From assembly GCA_042852035.1 (NCBI GenBank), contig BAAFHK010000001.1, positions 480,001 to 512,000 on the forward strand: a stretch of DNA of 32,000 bases, written 5' to 3'. A model generated the notes under the pieces. It was given only the letters and a program-made list of their open reading frames with translations, ran no database searches and was not told the origin of the DNA. Shown here in pieces: positions 22,051-31,562 of this stretch. Every line of letters begins with the position of its first letter. The stretch's first letter is position 1. Made by a program: the position numbers and the translations under genes. Source of the DNA: Candidatus Saccharimonadota bacterium. Lineage in GTDB: Bacteria > Patescibacteriota > Gracilibacteria > BD1-5 > UBA2023.

Positions 22051-25000
22051 CTATATCTCGAACATCCTCTTTTTGAATTCTTCTTCGATGAGTATGACTT
22101 TCCATGTCTGTTCTCCTGTCTTCATATTTTCCACACTGTTATCTCCATTCACATAGATACGATCGAATTCTGTATCGAGAGGATTGTAGGCGCTCTTCTG
22201 GAGGAAGTTATTGAGATCATCATTGCTATGTTTCTCGATATTTCTCCAGACTATGAGTGTGCGTTCTCCATCGAGTGTTCTTCACGTCACGACACGGTAT
22301 CCTCGAGCCTCATAAGTATGTTCGACGACGAGCCCGATGAGATAATTGAATGTCTCGACGAGATCCACACGAGTGACACGAGTTTCATTGTCTCTCGTGA
22401 TACGCATCTCGAAATCAAATGGATGAGCAAAGTGATCCACAGAGAGGATGCTTCCCTGAGATTCTGTATCGAGCATATACTGGAGCATATAGTCTTCTCG
22501 GAATTCTGCATTTTCTGGAGCGAAGAGGACTCATTGCTGAGTTTCTGATCTCTGGAGTTTCAGGTTATTGAGCGCATCTTCATAACTCTCGAGTCTGAGA
22601 TACTTGAATGCATGAGATGATCCCTTTCTCGAAACTGGCTTTCATCATTTCCAGTCCTCACTATAGATAACCTTCTGGATACGAGGCTTGGTAACAGTAT
22701 TGAAATACTCTCCCATCTCTACGAGGATATATTTTCTCTTTCCCATATCTCCACCATCTTTTGTATCTTCACGATTTAAATTGATAACTGAGTGTCAGGT
22801 AGTTCCAGATCATGCAAAAAAATCAAGAATCAATCAAGTAGGTTTATTATTTAGTCATGCATCAATACAGTCTTTAACTGTATGTATTGATTTAGGATAA
22901 GTAAATAGACTTTTTCAGAACATTTCATTCACTACTACACTTCAATAACTATTTGCTGAATACTTTGCTCACGTCCATACTGTCTTATAATTGAATTTTA
23001 TTTTGTAACGAATAATGTCCCAAGTTCACTTCTTTTTATCGTATTCTGCTTTTAGTTCATCCTTAATTGACTCTACAGTTTGTCTAGCAAAAGTCCACTT
23101 CCTTTCTTCTCCTTGTGCTCAAATTGGGTAAACCTCAATAATTCCATCATCCTTCTGCATATTTATTCATGAGGGATGAAACTCATCAGGAGATACCTCT
23201 CAAAATCATATAATTTCTCAGTTTTTTATATAGACTGGATAAAAACAATTTGCCGCATCTGTTCTTAAATGCGATCAGATGGATACATTTCTCAATGGTC
23301 TAACATCTGGATTATCAATACGATCTTCTAATCAGATGAATTTTCATGGTTTTGGATACACGAAATATGCAAATTCATGTGTAAATGAAAAATTTGATCA
23401 CTGTTGACCTGTTGGATTGTGTACAACAGATATACAATTCTTCTCGTGTTCAGGATAATTCTGTGATAAAATTTGCCCTAATACTTCCTGTTCCACTTCA
23501 TCAATTGCTACAATAAGGACACCATTTCTATCTTCAATATTCTTAGCAATTCAGATTCTATTATCCATCAAAGAGAGCCAAGATGAGTGCTTAAATGTAT
23601 TTTTATATACTATCTCAGATGACTGAGCGTTATAAGGAGGATCGATATAGATGCATTTTACCTGTTCTCTGTATCTCTCTTGGATGAGATTTAGAGCTTG
23701 AAAATTCTCACTATTAATTATGAGACCATCTAGCCATTCATCGAGATTATGATTTTCGCTGATTTCTCCGATGAGTTTGTTTTTCCATGATTCATCGAAA
23801 TGCTTAGTATCGAGTACGAGATATGGATTGTTCTCGAGGAATTCACGGGAGAGGGGGCGAGAAAATCCATCGATCTCATCGATAGCAAAAAGGGAGATCC
23901 AGTCATCTATCTGAGCCTCATTGGTACGGATATCATCATAGTATGCCTCATCGATACGGTCGAGTGTGATACAGTATCCTGTTTCGACGACCATCTTTTT
24001 CTTCAGGAAGAGTTTTTTCTGGAATTCTTCGAGACTTGAAAGGAAAGTGATGACCTTTTCTCCGATCAGCTTCACAGCCTTGATCATCGCGAGCGATGCG
24101 ATGAATGTCTCTGGAGAGCGAGTATCGATATCATCGATGTAGAGAATCTCATTCTTGATATAAAAATCGAGCTCTCTCGTGAGGAATCCATAGAGATCCT
24201 TGTGGATGAAGTAATCAAAAGTGTTTCGTTTTACATAGTCATTGATATGTCTCTGGATGAGAGTACGAGACTTATCTTTCTCTGTAGGTGATGGAGAGAT
24301 ACACTCAGCGTACTCACTCGGGATAGTATCTCGGATAGTAGTGAAAGCTTCAGTAATGAGAGCATCTTGCTTCACTCACTTATCCATCGGTTCATACATG
24401 AAGTAGACATGAAGCTCACCATCCTTTTCTTCGATGGTGTGTGCTGGTTTTCCTTGTTCTATGGATGAAGGTGATGGTGTATATATCTTGAACTTTCTCT
24501 CCTTGTCTCATTGAGCCTTGTTGTTGTTTTGCTCGGTACTTGCCTCGACGAGTGTGAATACGACAGATTTTCCGCTTTCAGTTTTGAATCGGTAATTCTT
24601 AAAAAATTCACTTGTCTTTATATAGTACTGATCAGCATTTGCCCAGTGAAGCTTCACTTCTTCTCACTCGTAGGGGATAGCGTAGACATCTTTCTTGTAT
24701 CGCCTCATCGAGATGAAGTCTCCAGAATCAAAATATCGTCTGAAAAAGCTCGTCAGGTGAGAAAATACTTCATTCTCGAGAGCAGTGAGATCACTTGAAT
24801 TCGCCATTTTTTCTCTGAGTTCTCGTACTTTTGGGAGACTCTCAGGATCGGCACCAAGAGCTTTAGCATTCGCTATGGCATCATGAAGCTCTTTTTCGAG
24901 GCTTCACTTATCAGAAGTTCCTGCAGATTCGAGAATAGTCTTCACTTGAGGGATGAGATCCTTCTCGAGAAAAGTCTCTATCTCATTTCGACGAGAGTTC

Positions 25001-25092
25001 ATGATACGGTAGATACCGAAATCAAGATCAGCCTGATCGAGCATGAAGCATTCTCTGAGTGTGGCTATGAGGCGCTGGTAGTTTGATTCCAT
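22051..25092 (-). CDS. Large Mod-like beta-class DNA methyltransferase (N6-adenine/N4-cytosine type), 1013 aa
   Basis: ATG 25092 to TAG (complement of 22051-22053), in frame with track ORFs 24904..25092, 23551..24375 and 22282..22488. Motif [12 protein letters not shown] is at complement 23632-23643 (about residue 484). [14 protein letters not shown] and motif I LILDFFAGSGTTGHSV follow about 280 aa later. The long N-terminal region [32 protein letters not shown]... and the C-terminal region ...[19 protein letters not shown]... are unassigned. Confidence 0.9.
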
Positions 25093-25112
25093 AGAGAAAA
25101 GTAAGATGGTGA

Positions 25113-28082
25113 TTAAACGATGGTAAAGCGAATCGTGAAGAGATGTTCTTCGGTGATCTTCTCGTGTTTTCGAGCCTTCAGGATATCGATCATTCTGTCT
25201 CGTTCCGCGAGGATCTTATCTTCGAGTTCGAATATCTCACGACGGAGCTTTTGCTGTTCTTTGGTGAGAGTTTGGATTTTTTGCTGGAGTTCGAGCTGAT
25301 CAGTGGGATTTTCTGATTTTTTTGCCTCTCGAGTGTGCTCTTTGATTTTTGCCTTCGTTTCCTTGAGGGCTATTTCGAGAGATTTAGTATGATCATCAGC
25401 CCATTTTTCCAGTTTTTCGGTCTCTTCTTGGAAGTAGACGGCATTTCTCTTATCAGTTCGTTCTAGGAGCTTCTGTCGTTCTTCGCTGTAGGATTTACTG
25501 ATACTTTCTCCGAGAGGACTATCTCATGAGATCACTCTTCACTCTTTTCATCATACTGAGAGGATTTTCTCTGAGAGTTCTTGATCGAGTATCTCTCCAG
25601 TGTCATTGATGGTCGTGAGGACAAGTATATCTTCGCTTTCGAAGGCATCGATAGAGAGCTTCGTGAGTCTCATCCAGCCACTTTTTCCGACGAGGTTTTT
25701 CACGAGTGATATATTTTTTCCGCTCTGAGTATAGTCAATGGTGATTTCTCTTGATTCAGTCTGATATCCGAGACATTCAGTGATCACGTTTTCAGCGAGA
25801 GGATGTCCGATACGATAGATATTCGCATCTTCGATGTTTTTCCCGATACGATATGGTCAGAGGAATATCTTTTCTGGTGAGTATGGATTCTTTTTGAGTT
25901 TGAACGAATAGTCTTCAGTGAACTCTGCTTCTTCAGCAAGTGCGAACTTGGTAACATTCCAGAGCCAGTTCTGGTATTTATCGAGTGAGGCATCAGCTTC
26001 ATTCTTTCGAAATCGGAGCTTTTGAGCTACTTCTTCATCGAAGTTCGAGAGAAGTGTTTGTTTTGCTGAATCAATAGTTTCAGTGATTTCTTGATCGAGT
26101 TCGAGCTGGAGTTGATCGAATGCATGACTGATCTCATTCTCAGTACGACAGTCACCATAGATCTTCGCGATACGGCGCTCGAGATCCATACCATTTTCGA
26201 TACTTCCGAGTACTTCATCGGAAGCTCCGAAGACACCTTCGAAGAGCTTGAATTTCTGAGCAAGGAGTTGATATACTCTCTGATCTGCTTCGTTTGATTT
26301 GTTGAGGAAGTTAAGGACTACGACATCAGACTTTTGACCATATCGATGACATCTTCCGATTCTTTGTTCGATACGTTGTGGATTCCAGGGGAGATCATAG
26401 TTGATGATGAACGAACAGAACTGGAGATTGATACCCTCAGCGGCTGCTTCAGTGGCAATCATGATGATTGCTTCATCTCGGAAATGTTCGACGAGAGCGG
26501 CTCGCATATCTGCTGTCTTTGATCCTGTGATTTTATCTGTTCCAGCATGTTTTTCGAGCCAGTCTTTGTATACTTTCTGGGATTCAGGATCAGCATTTGA
26601 TCCATTGAAGAGAACTATCTTTCCAGCGTATCCATTCTCCTCGAGGATACCCTTCACATAGAGCTGAGTTCTGGTGCTTTCTGTAAATATAAGTGCTTTC
26701 TTGAGTGGGAATTTATGATCCTCACTTCTTTGGCGTATCTTCTCGAGTTCTTCGAATCCCTTATTAAGGGCAATCGTGAGTTTTTCTCACTTAGAATTTT
26801 TCGATATTCCTTTTGCGAGACTCTCACACTGAGTGAGAAATCCGATTTCATCTTCGATTTTCGGAATATCGAGGAGTGTGAACTTCTTTTTCTTCTTTCC
26901 ATCCTCTCATACTTCTTCATCTTCCTGTTCACTCCATTCCTCAGCAAATTCATCATATTCTTCGAAGTTGGTAGAGAGGGTATCTATTAGACTCATATCC
27001 ATCTCTGGAAGCCGTACTTCGAGTGATTCTGTTTTAATAGTATCGATGAGAGTATAGAGCTTGTTGATGAGCCCTGTAAATGTATCAGAGATGGCATAGG
27101 TAGATGATGCCATAAGTCTTCTCATGATGAGTTCCATGAGTGATCTCTGGCTTGCTGGGAGGGCATAGAGCTCTTCTCGTGAGAGATAATCTGAGAGCAT
27201 CTCATAGAGTTTTTGTTCGTCTGGAGTCTGATAGAATTCTTCTACGAGAGCGATACGATTGGTATACTTGATATATTCGAGTACTTGTCTTCTGAGTGTT
27301 CTCTTGCATACAGAACGAAGTCTCGCCTTGAGATCATCGAATGCTCCAGTATCAGAAGTATTTTCAGCTCGTGAAAATTGGGACTTAAAACTCTTCTGAT
27401 CACCAAATACATTATCATCAATAAAACCTACGAGACCATAGAGTTCGAGGAGTGAATTCTGAAGGGGAGTGGCTGTGAGGAGTACTTTTGGTCTTCCCTC
27501 GAGCATTTCTTTGATAGCTCGAGCGATTTTGTTTCATGGCTTATAGACATTACGAAGGCGATGTGCTTCATCGATGACGACGAGATCCCATTCGATAGCT
27601 TTTACATATGCTTCTTTTGAGCGAACGAATTGGTATGATGCTATGACGATATTTTCCTGTATGAAAGGATTAAAATTTCACTTTTTTGTATTCTCATTGA
27701 ATGATTTTGATTCGAGAATAGTGGAACTCAAGAAGAATTTATCTTGGAGTTCTTGATTCCATTGCTTTCTGAGATTTGCTGGAGCAATGATGAGGATTTT
27801 TCTTTTTCGTTCTGCCCATTTCTGAGAGAGAAGGATTCATGCTTCGATAGTTTTTCCGAGTCATACTTCATCAGCGAGGATAGCTCACTTCGATAATGGT
27901 GACTGGAATGCGAAAAGAGCCGCTTCTACTTGGTGCGGATTGAGATCTACTTGTGCATCGAAGAGCGAGGCAGTAAATTTATCGAGACTGTTTGACGGAC
28001 TTCGCTTCGAGAGCTCGTGGGCGAAGTACTTGGCATGATATTTTGTAAAATTATTCACGATCTGAATTGTATAGAAAATCAT
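25113..28082 (-). CDS. SNF2-family helicase/translocase, 989 aa
   Basis: ATG 28082 to TAA (complement of 25113-25115), joining track ORFs 27885, 26907, 25857 and 25551. 12 in-frame TGA by hand count. Motif I: ILADEVGLGKTIEAG (Gly from TGA at complement 27861-27863). Motif II: LVVIDEAHRLRN, LLTATPLQNSLLELYGL. Helicase-C: INLQFCSFIINYDLPWNPQRIEQRIGRCHRYGQ. Coiled-coil C-terminus. Confidence 0.92.
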
Positions 28083-28218
28083 GGTTTTACCAAATAAAAC
28101 AGTGTGTAGATATACTTTTTCAAAAATAAATTATTAATAATACTTTTTTATTCTATATAAGCGTTTATATAAATTAGGATAAACTTGATAAAATAGTGTT
28201 TCTAAGTATATTCCTGAA

Positions 28219-28365
28219 GCCAGAATCTTATTTATTTTACTTACTTTTTAGTTGCCCATAAGCGATTAGAAGGGAGGATTGTATCCTCACCTCCTTTTGT
28301 TGCTTATGGCACTAAATGAGTAAGATTCTGGCGAATCAACGGGGATCGATCCTCCCTTTTTGTTT
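28219..28365 (+). promoter_or_regulatory. Structured leader or small RNA-like element with nested inverted repeats and a terminator-like hairpin, upstream of the GmrSD gene
   Basis: Perfect 12-bp inverted repeat: GCCAGAATCTTA (28219-28230) and TAAGATTCTGGC (28321-28332). It encloses GCCCATAAGC (28254-28263) / GCTTATGGC (28302-28310) and GAGGAT-tgt-ATCCTC (28274-28288). Next comes the hairpin GGGGA-tcga-TCCTC (28341-28355, one G-U pair) plus a T-run (28357-28364). SD-like AAGGGAGGA and CCTCC anti-SD-like strings occur repeatedly. Confidence 0.35.
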
Positions 28366-28419
28366 CGCCAGATACGATGATTTTGGTATTTACTTCTGTA
28401 GATACCTTTTTTGTTACCT

Positions 28420-30483
28420 ATGCAACAGCTCGTCAATATCAACAAGATTTTCAAGAATAAAATCTTCCGAATTCCAGACTACCAAAGATGATACGCCTGG
28501 CAAATCCGACAACTCAAAGACTTTTGGGAAGACATAAACTCTCTCGAAGAAGGGAAGAATCATTATACAGGAGTTATCTCTCTTGAAGAAGTAAAGAAGG
28601 AAATATGGGAGCAATGGCACGAGGATAAATGGGTGATTGAGAATAAGGGATATGATGTATTCTTTGTGGTTGATGGACAACAAAGAATGACGACTTGTGT
28701 AATACTTATTCAAGCCATTCTCGATGTAGCCAAAACACTGCGTGAAAATACTTATGAAAATAATGAAGATTTTGAACTTTGTGATACAAAACTTTCAGAT
28801 ATTAAGAGAGATTATACAGTCATAGAAAAAAGTAATGGAATACAGCGATCTTATATTTTTGGTTATGAAAAAGATAACCCGAGCTATGAGTTTCTCAAGA
28901 CGAAAATATTTAATGAGCACTCTTCTTCCAATCAGTGACAAGAAACGATATACACCCAGAATCTCGAGAATGCAAAAAAGTTCTTTGTAGATAATCTCCT
29001 TGAGATTCCTGAAAATGAACGACTCGAAAAACTCGAGGTCATATTTCGAAAAGTTACAAAAAATCTCCTCTTTAATGAGTATGTTATCGAAAGTGATATC
29101 GATGTATCGGTAGCATTTGAAACCATGAATAATCGAGGGAAGAAGCTCAGTGATCTCGAACTTCTCAAGAATCGTCTCATTTACCTTACTACATTATTTT
29201 CTGTAGATCAGTCAGATAAAGATGAACTCAGAAAACGCATCAATGATGCTTGGAAAGAAATATACTTCCAGCTTGGACGAAATAAGGAGAATCCTCTTAA
29301 TGATGATGACTTTCTGAAGGCTCATTGGACTATGTACTTCAAATACAGTCGAAAAACAGGAGATGATTATATTCACTTTCTGTTAGATGATTACTTTTCT
29401 CCAAAACGAGTACTTAAGGAAATCGATGTGGCTATCAAGATAAAAGAAGCTCAGGAGGTTCGTGATGAGCTTCTTGATGATGTCGAGGAGGATATTCCAC
29501 TTGAAACATCTCAAAAAGAAAAGAAAGGATTAGAAATCGGGGATATATCTCTCTTTGCTGAAAGTATACAAAAAGCCTCTAGTGCTTGGTATGATACCTA
29601 TAATCCCGAAACAAATCAAAGACTTACGAGCGATGAAAGAAAATGGCTCGATCGACTAAATCGACTCTGAATGGGATATTTTCGACCTCTCATCATGAGT
29701 TCATTTCTCTCGAGAAATACAACAGCAGATGAACGAGTTTTATTATTCAAAACCATAGAAAGGTATATATTCATTGCGTTCAGACTTACACAGATGCGAT
29801 CCAATTATGGAAATAGTGAGTTTTATAATCTGAGTCGAGATCTCTACTACGGTAATACAACTATTGCGAATATTGTAGAAGCTCTCGAGGAGCGAATCCA
29901 ATTTTCATTCAATGACGATGGATCGTTTAAAATCAATGCTTTCTATGATTTTATCAGCAATAAGTTCAGATTCTGAGCAAAAACTGGATACTATTCTTGG
30001 GGATGACTTCGATACTTTCTCTACGAGTACGAACAATATCTTCTCGAATCTTCGAAGAATTCTACTGCAAAAATCACATGGGAGAAGTTTACCAAAGAAC
30101 AGGATATGATATCTATAGAGCATATTCTTCCTCAAACACCCGATAAATCTTGTTGGTCACATTTTGTATCACAGTATAGTCCTGAAGAAATGAATTACTT
30201 TACGAATACTCTCTGAAATCTTCTCGCTCTCTCACAACCAAAAAACAGTAGTCTCCAAAATGATTGTTATGAAAATAAGCGAGTTGACGGAGAAAAGAAT
30301 CGATGATATTTCAATGGATCATATTCGGAATGTAGAGTTGCTGAGACTTATAAGGAATGGACTCCTTATTCTATAAAAGAGCGAGGACTTGAACTCCTCG
30401 GATTCATGGAAGAGAGATGGAATATTAATCTCGGGGATGATACTACAAAGATGAAGTTATTGAATCTTGAGTTTTTAGATTAA
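28420..30483 (+). CDS. GmrSD-family Type IV (modification-dependent) restriction enzyme-like protein, DUF262 + DUF1524, 687 aa
   Basis: ATG 28420 to TAA 30481-30483 in frame 1, joining track ORFs 28633, 29125 and 29671. DUF262 signature: FRIPDYQRGYAW (Gly from TGA 28489-28491) and FVVDGQQRMTT. DUF1524-like His-Me region: ISIEHILPQTPD...TLGNLLALSQPKNSSLQN. Confidence 0.9.
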
Positions 30484-30567
30484 AAATTAACGATGCCATA
30501 GCTTATGTCACAAATTATTTTCTTTCTATAAATTTTTTCTTGCTTTCTTTAATATAAAGAGTAGTAT

Positions 30568-30590
30568 AACCATACCCTATGGTTAGGTAT
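30568..30590. promoter_or_regulatory. Candidate CsoR-type operator (overlapping palindromes)
   Basis: AACCATA-ccc-TATGGTT (30568-30584) overlaps ATACC-N9-GGTAT (30572-30590). It lies about 20 nt upstream of the Cys-rich ORF. It resembles the ATACCC...GGGTAT-style CsoR boxes I recall from Firmicutes. Confidence 0.35.
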
Positions 30591-30608
30591 ATTTAATAAT
30601 AACTATTT

Positions 30609-30686
30609 ATGACTACGAATAAATGCACATGCAATCCATGTACTTGCAAGACTTGTTCTTGCGGTGATGGAACATGTTGCAACTAA
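30609..30686 (+). CDS. 25-aa Cys-rich metallothionein-like peptide
   Basis: MTTNKCTCNPCTCKTCSCGDGTCCN, ATG 30609 to TAA 30684-30686, with 8 Cys in 25 residues. It is followed by the hairpin CCCGC-ggat-GCGGG. It sits between the candidate operator and csoR. No clear SD sequence. Confidence 0.4.
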   Translation: MTTNKCTCNPCTCKTCSCGDGTCCN

Positions 30687-30781
30687 ATTGCACATAAAAT
30701 CCCGCGGATGCGGGAGGTACTTTCGCTAAAAAGTAATTTGAATATACTGAAATCATAGGGTTTTTCAATATAATTTTCAAT

Positions 30782-31054
30782 ATGATAATTTCAAAAGATA
30801 AAATACAGCTCAATATCAAGAAGGCAATGGGAACACTTGCCAAGGTTCAAAAGATGATAGATGACGATGTGTACTGTGCTGATGTTGCCCACCAGATAAA
30901 TGCGTCTATGGGGTTATTGCAAAGTGCAAATCGTGAACTTCTCAAAAATCACCTCTCTTGTTGTGGAACAAAGGCTCTTTCATCTGAATGAAAGGAAAAA
31001 GAAGATTTTATCGAAGAACTGGTTCGGACTTGGGATATTGCTACCAGAAAATAA
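30782..31054 (+). CDS. csoR: CsoR/RcnR/FrmR-family (DUF156) metal-sensing transcriptional repressor, 90 aa
   Basis: ATG 30782 through one TGA (30989-30991) to TAA 31052-31054. Family pattern present: GTLAKVQKMIDDDVYCADVAHQINASMGLLQSANRELLKNHLSCC, giving a C...H-x3-C ligand set. Confidence 0.85.
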
Positions 31055-31096
31055 TTTGCCTTTTATCTCAGTATCGCATATACTCAGATCCATTCT

Positions 31097-31495
31097 ATGG
31101 TATTTCTTTATAAAAAACTCATCAGTATTAGTATACTTCTTGCTGTATTTCTTTTTGGAAATATGGCTATTGTGCATGCTGTATCGGAGCTGTCTCATAC
31201 AAAAACAATCTCCCATACTCATGATGGCATCACAGAGTCCCATACGGTATCTACTACATCAGAAGATAAAGAACCTCCCCATTGTACACAGACGAAGATA
31301 GATACAAACATTATTCAACAAGTCAGAGATAACGCTGATATACCAGATATAGGAAAAACAGTGGTTTACTTGTATATCGGATGAGATATAAAAACGGATT
31401 CGATCACTCAGGATACCTATTTTCAGTACTATCCTTGAAGTGAAAATCATTTTTTCTGACATTTGCTTGTAGGAGAGACTATATTAGTGCTTTAG
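31097..31495 (+). CDS. Exported or membrane-anchored His-rich protein, 132 aa, possible metal-binding
   Basis: ATG 31097 through three TGA to TAG 31493-31495. N-terminal signal/TM: LISISILLAVFLFGNMAIVHA, then SHTKTISHTHDGITESHTV. No family recognised. Confidence 0.5.
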
Positions 31496-31562
31496 AAAGT
31501 ATCTCTTTTTCTGTATACCTTTTTGGTATGCGGATTTTTTGTATTTTCCTAAATCAATTTTT

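Noticed and set aside
22021-22548. A 175-aa + strand ORF, and other + strand ORFs across 14.7-27.8 kb.
   Set aside because: They are all antisense to the continuous, motif-rich - strand genes (Mod, SNF2, Res-like). No recognisable motifs.
14576-28082. Calling the big operon a class 1 DISARM system.
   Set aside because: An SNF2 plus adenine-type methylase pair is present. However, I found no DUF1998-like Cys-rich DrmB and no PLD (HxK) DrmC in or next to the operon. The terminal helicase carries a Type III Res-like PD-(D/E)xK tail instead.
28316-28537. A 73-aa + strand ORF upstream of the GmrSD gene.
   Set aside because: It is out of frame with, and overlaps, the DUF262 N-terminus. The true start ATG 28420 gives the signature IPDYQRGYAW. 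The 73-aa translation is low complexity.
5302-30600. A direct repeat of the tRNA-Gln 3' end marking attR of the island.
   Set aside because: I found no second copy of the TTCGAATCCTAC...CCCAGCCA segment by eye. Serine recombinases need only a 2-bp crossover, so absence is uninformative. A computational repeat search would be needed.
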